A stretch of 64,000 nt of DNA, from contig CM120642.1 of assembly GCA_051362555.1 (NCBI GenBank), positions 24,180,001 through 24,244,000 of the forward strand, written 5' to 3'. The number at the start of each line of letters is the position of its first letter. Positions within the stretch are counted from its first letter, which is position 1. This DNA comes from Lingula anatina. Lineage: Eukaryota > Animalia > Brachiopoda. A program made the translations under genes and the position numbers. Of the stretch, positions 39,301-63,570 are shown in pieces. The notes below the pieces were generated by a model. The model ran no database searches and had not been told where the DNA came from. It saw only the letters and a list, made by a program, of their open reading frames with translations.

Positions 39301-42300
39301 TGATCCACCACACCAATCTCCTTCCTGACTGTTGAGCTCGCCTTTGACTGCTTTCTGGTCCTAGGCTTTCGTTGGCCATCATTGGTCTCACGCTGCCTAT
39401 CTGGTGGTTTACCAATTACTTCAGTTTGGCCTTTGCCTTTCACCTGCTGTAAGAAATAATAATCAAATAAATGGATAATATGAATCAAAATGCCACATTT
39501 TATTATCTTACCTGTCTGGTTGTTCACCAAGTATTTCAAAGCTGTATCAAATCAGTTATATATTTTTCAGACATTTCGAATAAAGAAAAATTATTATCAT
39601 GTTTGAAAACCTGAGCAGTTATCATTATAAAAAAAAATTGTCAAATTCACCATATATTCATAAAGAAGATCACATGAAAAACAGAAAAAAAAAGCATTTT
39701 TGGTTTACTACTTTTATACTTACTTTTGATGGACCACATTTTGGCAAGGGAGGGAATTCAGTTTCTGACTGAATATTTGGGACTACAGGAGAATGATCCC
39801 CCACACCAATCTCCTTCCTGACTGTTGAGCTCGCCTTTGACTGCTTTTTGGTCCTAGGCTTTCGTTGGCCATCATTGGTCTCACGGTGCCTATCTGGTGG
39901 TTTACCAATTACTTCAGTTTGGCCTTTGCCTTTCACCTGCTGTAAGAAATAATAATCAAATAAATGGATAATATGAATCAAAATGACACATTTTTTTATC
40001 TTACCTGTCTGGTTGTTTACCAAGTATTTCAAAGCTGTATCAAATCAAATACATATTTTTCAGACATTTCAAATAAAGCAAAATTATTATCATGTTTGAA
40101 AACCTGAGCAGTTATCATTATAAAAAAATTGTCAAATTCACCATATATTCATAACAAATATCACATGGAAATCATAAAAAATTTGTTGTTTGTAACTTAT
40201 ATACTTACTTCTGATGGAACACACTTTGGCAAGGGAGGGAATTCAGTTTCTGACTGAATATTTGGAACTACTGGAGAATGATCCCCCACTTCAATCTCCT
40301 TTCCATCTGTTGAGGTCGCTTTCAACTGCTTCTCAAACTTAGGCTTGCGTCTGCCAGTATTGGTCTTACGGTGCCTGTCTTGTGGTTTACCATCTACTTC
40401 AGTTTGGCATTTGCCCTTCACCTGCTTTATGAAAAAATAATTAAATAGATTAATAAAATAAAATTTCCTATTCTTTATGTTGTCCATTTGGTTGTTTACC
40501 AAGTACTTAAGTTGGGAATTCCACCCTTCCCCATATCAAAAACAGTTATATATTTTTCAGACATTTTAAAAAAGTTTTGTGTCAAAGATTATAATATGAC
40601 CAATTACAAAATTTACTTGTAATATAAGACAAAGATGTAACAGTTGCAAAACTGCTTAAATCACACTTGGACATAATATTTGTTATTATGTCCAAGAATC
40701 ACATTTACATTGATTGATTCCTACTTATTAAAATGCTTACCGTATTTTCTACTTTTTCGTTGTCAACCTTGGTTGTAAAATCAGGATCTGGCTTCTTCTG
40801 AACTGGCTTTTCAACATTTTGTGCCTTGAATTTCTTCTTGGGCATGCTTGATCTCCTTGGTAAAACATCAGGCTCCTTTTGTTTTTCTTTCTTCCCTTTC
40901 AGTTTCTTCTGCTGTAGGAAAAAATAATTAATTAGATGAATATATATGAATAAAAGCTGCAATTTTAACATTCAAAGTTGCACGTCTTGTTGTTTACCAA
41001 TTGCTTCAGCTTGAACGTGGCCTATTTCAAAATGGTAACATATTATTCAGGCAATTTAAATTTAAAAAAGGTATTACTATGTTTTAAAACCTGATAGGTT
41101 AACATAATAAAAAAGCTAAGTGTTATATTTAACACATATACACTCCATGTAGTAGTTCCTTTCTCTTTTTAATATCTTTTACTTATCTTATTCCATTTCA
41201 TTTACTGATTATGGATATCTCACCTTGTTTTTGATTTTGTTCATGAGTTTGGCTGTGAACTTCTTTTCACTTAGGAGACGTGCAGCCACTGACTTCATTG
41301 TGGATTCAAATGTCTCCTCACTATAGTCTGCTCCTATCAGTGAAATGCTGGAGTTGACTTTCTCTTCAATACACTCACCAGTTGAGTTTGCTTTGGGATG
41401 CTTAATAAAATATATATCATTTCAACACTTAATGGTTTTATCAATTAAAGTACATCAATACTTATCGATAAACAATATGAGTAAGAATATACATCTAACT
41501 TTTAAGAGGTTTCAACAATATAAGCCCAGGCTCCTGATAATACAAAAAAATATCACTTTTTTGTGTTCTTTTTTACTTCTTGATAACAAAAAAGTGATAT
41601 CATACAGCAATTAACTCATGACCATGCATCTATGCATTTAAAATTTAGATATAAGTTCAAAAGCCCCCTTACTTTATCATTTTTTCTGTCTTCAGCTGAG
41701 TTGTTATTCCTGATCTTGACCAGGCTTAGATGCCTCAACATTCCCATCTGAATTATGGGCTGTATAAAAACACACAAAGTAAATGTCTATATATATGCTA
41801 TATAAAAAGAGAGAGAGAGAGAGGGTGCATTTATATGACTAACAACATTTGCTGAATAATCAGACTTTTATTTCAGCGAAACATTTAGTTCCATGCCCAA
41901 CTTTGTGAAACTGTTCCTCTTACTTGCATCCCATAATTCCCTGCCCTCTGCTTCCAATAATATCCACCTTTACAGAACAAAGTGGCTAGTGCTTAATACC
42001 AGTTGACCTTTCGGTCTTTTTGCGACATTACGTTATATTATATTCTTAGAGCCCTTTAATCCTATTTGGCATAGTTGATATGAAATTACTTTTATGTAGT
42101 TTAGGTTCCCATACATAAATACATACTTTGGTCAACATGGCTGAATGCATTTCCTTGATGTACATCACTGTCAGTGTATGGACCTGCATTAAAAGAGTCA
42201 CATCACTTCCGTCATAAATATATATCTCTAGTTTTGGCATGCACTGTAAAATATGCTATCAGTTCATTATTTCTTCAAACAAATAGCAGATGTTTTTTTT

Positions 42301-43358
42301 TTTTCTTTGGATTAATACACTACATTTTTTCATTTATGATAATCATAATGCAGATTATTAAAAAGTTACCTCTATTCTGGCAGTTTGAGGTAGATTAATC
42401 TTGACAATATTTCTGTCCCCCAATTCACGTAACTGGGCAACATGAGTGTGGGGCTAAATTTTTGAAAAAGGAGAAGTAATAAATATGGTTATTAAATATC
42501 TGTGGATGCCAGAAAAAGAAAATGGCAGGATGCAGGTTTATAGGTTAATCTCACAGCGCCTAAAGTCATCCAACTTAGAATTTATTGAAATCAGAACTGC
42601 GACAATTGCCAGATTTTCCAGTAGAGATAAAGCGTTTTGATTGTACCTAGTTATCAATTGTTTAAGTTTCAAAATTACTCCTTACTTTGTCATCTTTTCT
42701 GTATCCAGCATTGACTATTTTTCTGCAAGTTGAGTTGCTATTCCTGATGCTGACTAGCCTTAGGAACCTCAGCATTCCCATATGAATTGAGGACTGTATA
42801 TAAAAAAACACACAAAAGTTATTGTCTATACTGGTATCTGCTATATAACAAAGCACTCTTAAAAAGAGAGAAAATACACTGATACGCAAAAGCCAATGCT
42901 GAATAATCTGACTGTCATTTCATCCAAACATTAGGATCCAGTCTCAATTTTGTGAATTTTTACCTCTAACCTGAAATCCCATACATATAACACCCTACCC
43001 CATGCTTTCATCAGAGTTTGACATACCGAGTAACAGATAAGCCAGTTCCTAAAATACCAATATAACTATCGATCTTATTGCCACAGTACGTTATTTGTTA
43101 TTCTCAGATTCCATATTATCCCATTCGGCAAAGTTGTCCAGAGAAAGTTATTATGCAATTTAGTTCTTCATATATGAATACCTACTTTCGTCAACATGGC
43201 TGAATATATTTCTTTGATGTACATCATTGCCAGAGGATGAACCTGCAGCAAAAGAGACATATTAATTCTGTTATAAATATATCTTTAGTTTGAGCATACA
43301 CTTTGAAATATGTTATAATTTAATTATTTTTTTAAATAACTGTGTGTTATTTTCTTTG

Positions 43359-43429
<71 letters not shown>

Positions 43430-44943
43430 ATTATTATTATTATTATTATTTAAAAAAACATACCTCTACGCGGGCAGTCTGAGATAGGTTTATCTTGACT
43501 GTATTTCTGTCCCCCAATTTGCGTAATTGGGCAACATGCACGTGGGGCTAAATTTTAAAATAAAAGAGAGGTAAAATGTATAGTTATCACACATTTGAAA
43601 GAAAAAGGGGCGTTGCAAGTAAATCTTACAGCATCCCACGCCATTAATCTTTCTTATTGTAAAAATTATTGAAATGTAAATACAGCAATTTAGCACTAAT
43701 TGTAACATTTTGCTTGAAAAGGAAGTCTGTGCAATTTGGATAAATTAAATAAATAAATAAATACATAATAAAAAAGCGTTTGTTTTGATCGCGTCCAGAT
43801 TTCTTATCAATTATGAAATTGTGGCAAAGACTTTAGCACTATTTTTCAAAAAAATAAAAGGATGAATGAAAACTTTGTCTTCACAAAAAGATTAAGGAAG
43901 ATGCCTTACAAATAAACAAATGAATGAATATAGTTCATCCATGTTTGGTGCACCATTTTGAATAATACTCATACGTTATACATGTAAGAAAAGTACTTGT
44001 AGGTTTGCGAAGCGCCCAATATAAAAAAGGCATTCTCTAGCACTCACCCGTCTCAACACGACCGCACGTTTATTCCTGGCGCGCCGGGCGGCTATTAAAA
44101 TGGACAATACTTCAAATAAACCAATCAGCAAACATAAGTCGACATTTTGATTAAAAATCACATGCATATTTAAAGTGTTTGGGGTGTATATCTTAAATCG
44201 CACTCGTAAACGGTGAAACATACACGTTTAACATCCATTCAGTAAAAGAAAAGATATACATATAGTGCGTTGATTTAAAGAAGAAAAGTTCTCATCTTAC
44301 CGAGTTCATTTTTCATTTGGTTTTCCCTCTCGCATCGAGCTTCTGAAAAAGAATATTATGATAACCATTTGATTACATTAAACATCACCTGATAGTGAAT
44401 CATCAAACGATTGCCAACAGGTAACAAGACTAATGATCACTGACTGACTTAGTGTGAAATCTTCACCAGTTCTGTCTAATGTGCAATGCCAGCCAGTTGT
44501 TTTAGAGCGTCGGCTAAGGCCTTTCTTAGATAAATGTATAAAAACTGCCAGATCTCTTACACATATAAAGGTAAAATAACAGGCAAAACCTTGAAACTCA
44601 ACCTTTATAAGATTAAGGTGAAATAACTACCAGCTCACCAACACTCGGTGTTACCGGTGGCACTCTGAGTGAGAGCAAGGCTATGTTCTCATACAGGTTT
44701 ATATTGTCGCCAATCAACGAGGCGGTCAACATTTGTAATTTTGCACTGTAACTTTTACTTTCAGGTTGAATTCATTAACATCAAACCCATTACGATGTTA
44801 GCAAATCAGAAATACTATGATATATGTGATGTTTCTTGAAAAACGCGCATTTCTTCTTACACCAACGAATGCTAGCTAGTTTTCTTACCATATGCAAATG
44901 CGGGAAGGCATACAAAAATCAGCCAGAGCGCACAAAAAGTCAT
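27318..44943 (-). CDS. Secreted repetitive Lys-rich modular protein, copy A (~37 predicted coding exons)
   Basis: Exons 44889-44943 (MTFCALWLIFVCLPAFAY), 44301-44342, 44048-44091, 43464-43547, then the same colinear exon series as copy B with different numbers of repeat exons. Terminal exon 27318-27779 ends ...STRTLPRYET*. The donor of the penultimate exon is mutated at 28114. Confidence 0.72.
35964..36020. repeat. (TATAT)n pentanucleotide repeat
   Basis: Direct reading. Confidence 0.85.
43362..43450. repeat. (AT)n followed by (TTA)n microsatellite
   Basis: Direct reading. Confidence 0.9.
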
Positions 44944-45471
44944 CAAACGGAGCACACCTAGAATTAGCTCCACCTGGTCTTCAATTGGGTACTCTTCAAA
45001 TACGAGTACATTTACTCCGAGTTGCGCGTGATCACATTCGCTACTTTGCATAATAAATCATTTCAAATTGCATCTGAATCATCTTCACTATCCATGCTTC
45101 GCACTGTTTACGATATCTATGGGCAATGACGTCACTATCAGTGATGTCATGACGTTGTGACGTGAACATTCGCAATGACCACGACGATATCAGAAACGTT
45201 GACATTGTTGAGAACAATGGACATCAACGGCAGAAGTAACGACACTTCCATGACAACGGCCAGCGGCGGCGCTTGGTGTTACGTCACTCTTACTGGATAA
45301 GCCGATGTTTGCCGAATGAATAATGATGTGATTGTGTTTCTTCGTATAATAAACTACTTCTCACTGTATAGAACACAATAAAGCCATCAATAGCATTAAG
45401 ATAGAAATATATTACAATATGCATTAGCAAGGCCAGACGCCGTTTTTTTCTGAATAAAACAATAAAAATGT

Positions 45472-45704
45472 ACTAGAAAAGCACTTCGAGAGCGTAGACC
45501 TCCGCCAAGTTAGTGATTTTTTATTATTATTGATTATTGATCCGGATCACCACCAAAACCTAATGATCTCTTCCTTGGCCCACTTCTGTCAGTTCCTGAA
45601 AATTTCATCAAAATCGGTCCATAACTTTTTGAGTTATGTTGATGACAAACAAACAAACAAACAGACAAACGGGGGTGAAAACATAACCTCCTTAGCGGAT
45701 GTAA
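45472..45704. mobile_element. HINE-like element copy
   Basis: Same structure as 1873-2123. Confidence 0.5.
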
Positions 45705-45726
45705 TAAGAGTTCAAGCGCTGCTCAA

Positions 45727-45944
45727 GGCTGTATTCCCAGAGCTTTTAGATCCATCTATCCCCGCGGGGAGTCTCACTAGATTACTGTCGTCAGATAATC
45801 CGGCTTAAATGTCCGTCCCGCCTACTACAAGCTGTAAGGGGGTAATTAACTTTCGTGTCCGCCCGGCTGACAGCTATTTAGCGTGAACCCCCAGGGAGTT
45901 AGGTCGATCTAAAGTAGATCGATCTAATCTCTGGAAATGGGGTC
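45727..45944. mobile_element. PIF/Harbinger-like MITE, 3-bp TSD CAA
   Basis: Imperfect TIR GGCTGTATTCCCAGAG...CTCTGGAAATGGGGTC, caa on both flanks; empty site gctcaagagc near 24357. Confidence 0.7.
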
Positions 45945-47698
45945 CAAGAGCCGACGTAACACTAGAACTAAGTGGGTTAAGCAGTGGGGTCCGGGATTCC
46001 TATGGAACCGTTCACCCTCTCAAATACCAAAATTTCCCATTCCTTTCATCGGGCCCCGAACCCCTCGCCAACGCGAGAGGGGGGAGGTCGGTTTCGCATC
46101 CGCGGACCCCCCCCCCCCCCCCTTTCAAATAATCCTGGATCCGACCCTGGTTAAGCGTAGAAAAGTCAATCCACATCATTTATATTATTTTCAACTCTTG
46201 CAATTCGCAGCAAGTTGACACTTCAAAATCTTAGCATACCATTTGAAAAAAAAATAAAATATTCACTATTTACACAATAAACTTTCAATTTATTGAGAAC
46301 AAGGCCTAAGAGATCTACATCTATCTTTGAACGTTGCCGACTTTTCCAGTTAAAAAGACTCCGATCCAATTTGAAGAACTGGTTTTAATTACTGAAACTA
46401 AATTTTCCTCGTCGTATTTTTGTTTTGAGGCGATAGAAAATGCGCATTTTGTACTCTTTGTTATATACATTTTTTCACATTCAAGGACCGATTTGCACGG
46501 CACGGCGCAACCCACACAGATAGCAAGCCGAGATTGACCCAATGCCAGTATTCCGAAATTCGCAGTGAGAATAATGGTAAATTTGTATGAACATATCCCA
46601 TACAGGGAAGTTATAAAGTCAAAAGCATGTAGACGTAAAAGCTTGTTTCAAGCCTCAAACCTTAGGCCTACTTTTAGTCTTCTGCCTTTGACGCAATGCC
46701 GTAGCTGCTCGTCTTGGATATTTTTCTCTTTTCCCCCCAGTTTTTCTGTCTGCTGTCTGCTCCTTCCTCCTTGTCTTTTAATGCTTATTTATCTATATTA
46801 GTTTTATGTATCTCTAGAAGATAGTAGTATTTTACCTGGTTTGTATTTTTCTGCTTTAGTTTATTGGATAAATGGTCATTTTAGAATTTGCCAATTTTTT
46901 CCTTTTAATTTCGTCGAGTCTTGCCTCATTGGCCGCCTAAATATCCATTTTACCTGCAGTGTATTATTAAAGATTGCTGTTAAAGCATGATGTAATATTG
47001 CATCAAAACTGAAGAAACCCCTATTTTGGGCACTGCCGCCATAGTGAACATTAAAGGAAAACCATGCCACTTACTCTTCTCAAACTTACAGGAAAGAATC
47101 ATGGGACTTGAATACAGCTTAAGCTGAAAATCAAATCTGATTGGTTGAATTTTCTGGAAGTTATAAAGGTTTTGGTGAAAAGTGTTCACATATTGGCATT
47201 TTCAAGTTGTGACTTTGAACCTCCATGGTCTTAAAGACCTTTGCTAGTCACATTTTCTAAATACCCATGATACTTTTATTTTATCATTAAAAATTGATGG
47301 CCATTATGCTGTTAAGCATTATGTAATATTGCATAAAAGTTGAAGAAACCCCTTTTTTGGACACTGCCGGCATGATGAACATTACGGAAAAACCATGTTA
47401 CTTATGATTCTCAAACTTACTGAAAAAATTCATAAGACTGAAGTGCATTTTGTCTGTACATTTAACAGCTTTGCTTCCTTGTTTCTCTTTAAGATAAATA
47501 CAGTCGCCAGTTCTCTAACACTGTGAGTGAGTGAAGTTAATTTACTTCGACACTATGAGTGAGAGGAGGGCTATGTTCTTATACAGGTTTATATCGTCGC
47601 CAATCACGAAAAAGTCATTTTTAATTTTACAGTGACATTTACTTTCAGGTTGAATTTCATTCACATCAAACGCATTACGTTGTGAACAAATCAGAATT

Positions 47699-47701
<3 letters not shown>

Positions 47702-47760
<59 letters not shown>
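47702..47760. repeat. (TA)n microsatellite
   Basis: Direct reading. Confidence 0.9.
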
Positions 47761-47763
<3 letters not shown>

Positions 47764-47819
47764 ATGCTTCTTGAAAAGAGCTCATTTCTTCTAACACCAA
47801 CGAATGCTAGTTTTCTTAC

Positions 47820-47874
47820 CATATGCAAATGCGGGAAGGCATACAAAAATCAGCCAGAGCGCACAAAAAGCCAT
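47820..47874 (-). CDS. Extra signal-peptide exon upstream of copy A
   Basis: MAFCALWLIFVCLPAFAY plus GTAAGA donor in a duplicated 5' module. Confidence 0.45.
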
Positions 47875-48567
47875 CAAACGGAGCACACCTAGAATTAGCT
47901 CCACCTGGTCTTCAATTGGGTACTCTTCAAACACGAGTACATTTACTCCGAGTTGCGCGTGATCACATTCGCTACTTTGCATAATAAATCATATCAAATT
48001 GCATCTGAATCATCTTCACTATCCATGCTTCGTAGTGTATACGATATCTATGGGCAATGACGTCACTATCAGTGATGTCATGACGTTGTGACGTGAACAT
48101 TAGCAATGACCACGACGATATCAGAAACGTTTACATTGTTGTGAACAATGGACATCAACGATAGGAGTAACGACACTTCCATGACAACGGCCAGCGGCAG
48201 CGCTTGCAGTGTTACGTCACTGTTACTGGATTAACTGATTTTTGCCAATAAATGATTGAGTTTAATAATGTAGTAATCTACTTGTTACCGTATAAAGCAC
48301 AATGGAGACAGATGCATTAAGCTAGTTTTTTTTAAATATACAATACTAAGGCCAAATTTAGACGAATTTTAGACGATTTTTTCTCAAATGTATGAGTTAA
48401 GGCGTTGTTTAAGAGCAGACTGAACCTTAATTAGCATTAAGTGGGTTGAGCGTGAGAAATTTAATATAATTCATCCATAAACGTAAATTTACCCTTTTTA
48501 CCATTAATATTTTTTCAACAATTGCAATTCACAGCACCAAATAACTGGTTTTAATTATTGAAACTTA

Positions 48568-48764
48568 GACCCCATTTCCAGAGATTAGATCGATCTACTT
48601 TAGGGGTTCACGCTAAATAGCTGTCAGCCGAGCGGACACGAAAGTCAATTACCCCCTTACAGCTTGTAGTAGGCGGGACGGATATTTAAGCTGGATTATC
48701 TGACAGTAATCTAATGAGACTCCCCGCGGGGATAGATCGATCTAAAAGCTCTGGGAATACAGCC
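48568..48764. mobile_element. PIF/Harbinger-like MITE, inverted copy, TSD TTA
   Basis: Reverse complement of 45727-45944, flanked by tta/tta; empty site gaaactaaatttt at ~2636 and ~46394. Confidence 0.72.
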
Positions 48765-49610
48765 TTAAATTTCGTGTCGAATTTTTGTTTTGAAATGATA
48801 AAAAACACGCGCATTTGTACTCTTCGTTATATATAAATATCTGAAAAAGGAAATGATAAATAACCATTTGACTATATTAAACATCACGTGTTATTGAATC
48901 ATTAAACGATTGGCACCACCTTACAGGTTACAAGACTAATGATCGCACACTGACACAGTGTAAAATCTTCCCCAGTTCAGCCAGTTGTGTTAAAGCGTCG
49001 ACTATGGCCTTTGTTAAATTAATGTATAAAAACTGCCACATATCTGACACACAGGCCTTTATAAGAGTAAGGTACGTAAAATAAACACCAGATCACCAAC
49101 ACTGTGTGACTGCTACACTATAAATGGATATTCGTATAAGTGCAATTGATTCTCTGATTCTCAGGTTGACGAGTAAGTGACATCACCATCCGTTTCAGAG
49201 TGACGACTATCCCCTTTTTTCTGTGTTAGATAAATACAGTCGTCAGTTCTCGAACACTCCGAGTAAAGCAAACACACGCGGGCGTGGAAAAAAAATTACT
49301 TTGACACTCAGAGTGAGCAAAGCCATTTTCATACAGGTTAATACCGTCGCCAATCAACGAGACGGTAAACAGTTGCTGACATAACGAAAAAGTAATTCTA
49401 CACAGTAACTTTTACTTTTAGGTTGAATTTCATTCACACCAAACCCATAACGATGTGAGCAGATCAAAATCATATATGAAAATACTATGATGTGAGCAGA
49501 TCAGAATCATATATGAAAATACTATGATATATGTTATGTTTAATGATATATGTTATGTTTCTTGAAAAGAGCGCATTTCTTCTTACACCAACGAATGCTA
49601 GTTTTCTTAC

Positions 49611-49665
49611 CATATGCAAATGCGGGAAGGCATACAAAAATCAGCCAGAGCGCACAAAAAGCCAT
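49611..49665 (-). CDS. Second extra signal-peptide exon upstream of copy A
   Basis: MAFCALWLIFVCLPAFAY plus donor. Intron-1-like sequence continues to an acceptor-like site near 48841, but exon 2 is absent there. Confidence 0.45.
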
Positions 49666-51571
49666 CAAACGGAGCACACCTAGAATTAGCTCCACCTGGT
49701 CTTCAATTGGGTACTCTTCAAACACGAGTACATTTACTCCGAGTTGCGCGTGATCACATTCGCTACTTTGCATAATAAATCATATCAAATTGCATCTGAA
49801 TCATCTTCACTATCCATGCTTCGTAGTGTATACGATATCTATGGGCAATGACGTCACTATCTGTGATGTCATGACGTTGTGACGTGAACATAAACAATGA
49901 CCATGACGATATCGGAAACGTTAATATTGTTGTGAACAATGGACATCAACGACAGGAGTAACGTTACATTTTCAACACTTGCAATTCATAGCACAGAAAA
50001 ACTGGTTTTAATTTTTACTAAAACTTCCCCCGTCTTATTTTTGTTTTGAGACGATAGAAAATACGCATTTGTACTCTTCCTTTTAATTTCACATTCAAGG
50101 AGCAAAGCGCACAGCACGGCGCAACACCAGAGAGATAGCAAGCCGTGATTGGCCCAATGCCAGCATTCCAACATTAGCTGCGAGGAAAAATCCCTTACGG
50201 GGAAGTTAAAAAGTCAAATGCATGAAGATGTAAAAGCTTCTTTCGGGCCTCAAAACTTACTTTTCGTCTTCCACCCTTGTTGCCAGGTTGTGGCTGCTTG
50301 TCTTGGACATTTTTCTCTTTTTCCCTAAGCTTTCCCGGCGGCTGGCTCCTCCTTCCAGCTTGCCTTTTTTCAGAGGTCCTTTTACTTATATCGGCTTTAT
50401 TTTTCTCCTAGCTAAACGAGAGTAGTGTTTTTACCTGGTTTGCTTGATATCGATTTCTGCTTTAAAAGTTTATTGAATAAATAGTCGTTTTCGAATTAGA
50501 TAATTTGTTAAATTTCGTCTCGTTTCATCGACAGCCGATAAAATAAATGCTTTGTAGACTATCGGTAGAATAAATTATGTGGCAGGTAATAGATGCCCCT
50601 CTTCTAGTTGCACCGTCTCACTGCAAACTGCCTCTCTTCACACTTTTACAAAATTCCCATCGACAGCGATTCCCAGCGGTGCAACTTCCTCACGTTCTCC
50701 AATCGTGTCTGAACAGTTTGAAATTTCAAACCATTTTAAAAAATAACATTGTATCTCTCCGTACCTTAGATATCCACCATTTAATGTGCCTGATCATTCG
50801 GAAGTTTTCTAATAACATATTGTAGGCAAAGCTGTTAAGTCCATTTTCACCTCAACCTCCTTTCATATAAGGCTTACATTTATTTCACTACAATGTTTGT
50901 ATCAACATGCAATCTCCAAAAGGCAAGATAAAACGATCGTGTTGTTTTACCTTTTCCTGAAATCAGTTTATTTGATTTGCAATCGTTTTACATTGCTGAA
51001 TACAACACATTGTATAATTAACATTACTTAAGTTGAACAAGTATATACAGTGACTTTCATTACTTATAAAATTCAATAATCCTGAAATAAGTTCAATATT
51101 CTCCTTTTTTCTAACAATAAATGTTTTAATTGAAACATTAGACAAAAAATACAAGAAAAACACTAACATATTTGCCCTATAATCAGATACTTACTAGTAC
51201 ATGTGTACTATGTTATAATTCCACTGCATTTTCTAATAAACATTATCATTATCTTGTCACCAGCAAAACTAATGCCAACACAGAATATTCAAGCATTTTT
51301 TGCACATTTACATAGCAATTGCAGCCTGCAAATAGGCTTTAGATTGAAAATACAAACATCAATGTAATCTAAAATAAATTTATGCCTCCTTTGCATATTA
51401 GCTAAAAAAATAATTGCTGAAAGATTCACAAGCGACTTTGAATGAGCAAACATATGAAAAGTGCACGATGTCCTAGTAGAAAGAAAGTTCCACTTTAGCC
51501 TCTTTCATCCCCTTATGAAGTCCACATATTTTTAACAATTCACATGATTTGTGAATAGGGCAGATTTATTA

Positions 51572-62844
<11,273 letters not shown>

Positions 62845-63409
62845 TTTCACCTAGAAAGATATGTAAATCCATTCAAGGGTTTGCCACCACTGCAGAGTTA
62901 GATTAATTATATAACCTTTTTTTTTTTTTTTTTTGCATTAACTACTCTTTTACTCTAAATTTCCCACAGTGATACAGCTGTAAGGGCTGAAATTGCTCCC
63001 CTGGTAAAAAATTCATTTTCACACAAAGTGAGACTGCAAACAAAATAAAACAAAAATAAATAAATAAATAAATAAATGTTTATATATATTTTTTTTTTTT
63101 CCTACTTTTCACAGAAGTTGTTTTGCAAAGTAAAAATGATTGATCTTAAAATGTATACAGAGGTTATGTGTATTGAACTGGTCTGCTAATAACTTGGCGA
63201 TATTACGTAAACTGCTGAAATATTTTTTCTTTTGCGCAACATCATTATGTGGTTTGGTGTATTAACCATGGCTTTCTTGGTACCAGCTTTTAGCTTTTTT
63301 TGTCTATATTCAGAATAGAAAAACTGCATGAAAATATCTATATTTTATAAAAAGTTATGGGAATGTGAATGAAGTTGGTGGTGGAGGATGGGAAATAGTT
63401 ACTTTGAAC

Positions 63410-63570
63410 GGGGGCGTCTCGATAGTCCGAAGGTTCATTGGTCCGAAAAGTGGTAACATTTTCATCGATTTTTAATCAAGGGTTCATTGGTCCGAAGGTT
63501 CTATACATAGTGAACATTCGGACCAATGAACCTTCGGACTATTGAACCTTCAGACTATCGCTACGGCCCC
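63410..63570. mobile_element. MITE with 8-bp TSD (CTTTGAAC) and repeated subterminal motif
   Basis: ctttgaac|GGGGGCGTCTCGATAGTCCGAAGGTTCA...TGAACCTTCAGACTATCGCTACGGCCCC|ctttgaac; internal GGTTCATTGGTCCGAA repeats. Superfamily uncertain. Confidence 0.8.

Larger units (their letters stand above)
1..50000. repeat. Tandem segmental duplication array, unit ~21-22 kb (two full units plus partial flanks)
   Basis: Homologous anchors at 97/22315/43464 (offsets 22218 and 21149), 658/22916/44301 and 6139/27779; introns and intergenic sequence align colinearly. Confidence 0.92.

Noticed and set aside
6430-41614. Numerous plus-strand ORFs (e.g. 6430-6723, 10791-11048, 14479-14676, 37958-38311)
   Set aside because: Antisense shadows of the minus-strand exons; no consistent plus-strand splice structure seen.
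1-44943. Array as an uncollapsed-haplotype assembly artefact
   Set aside because: At least three copies, many substitutions, different exon numbers and unit-specific TE insertions argue for true paralogs; read depth would settle it.
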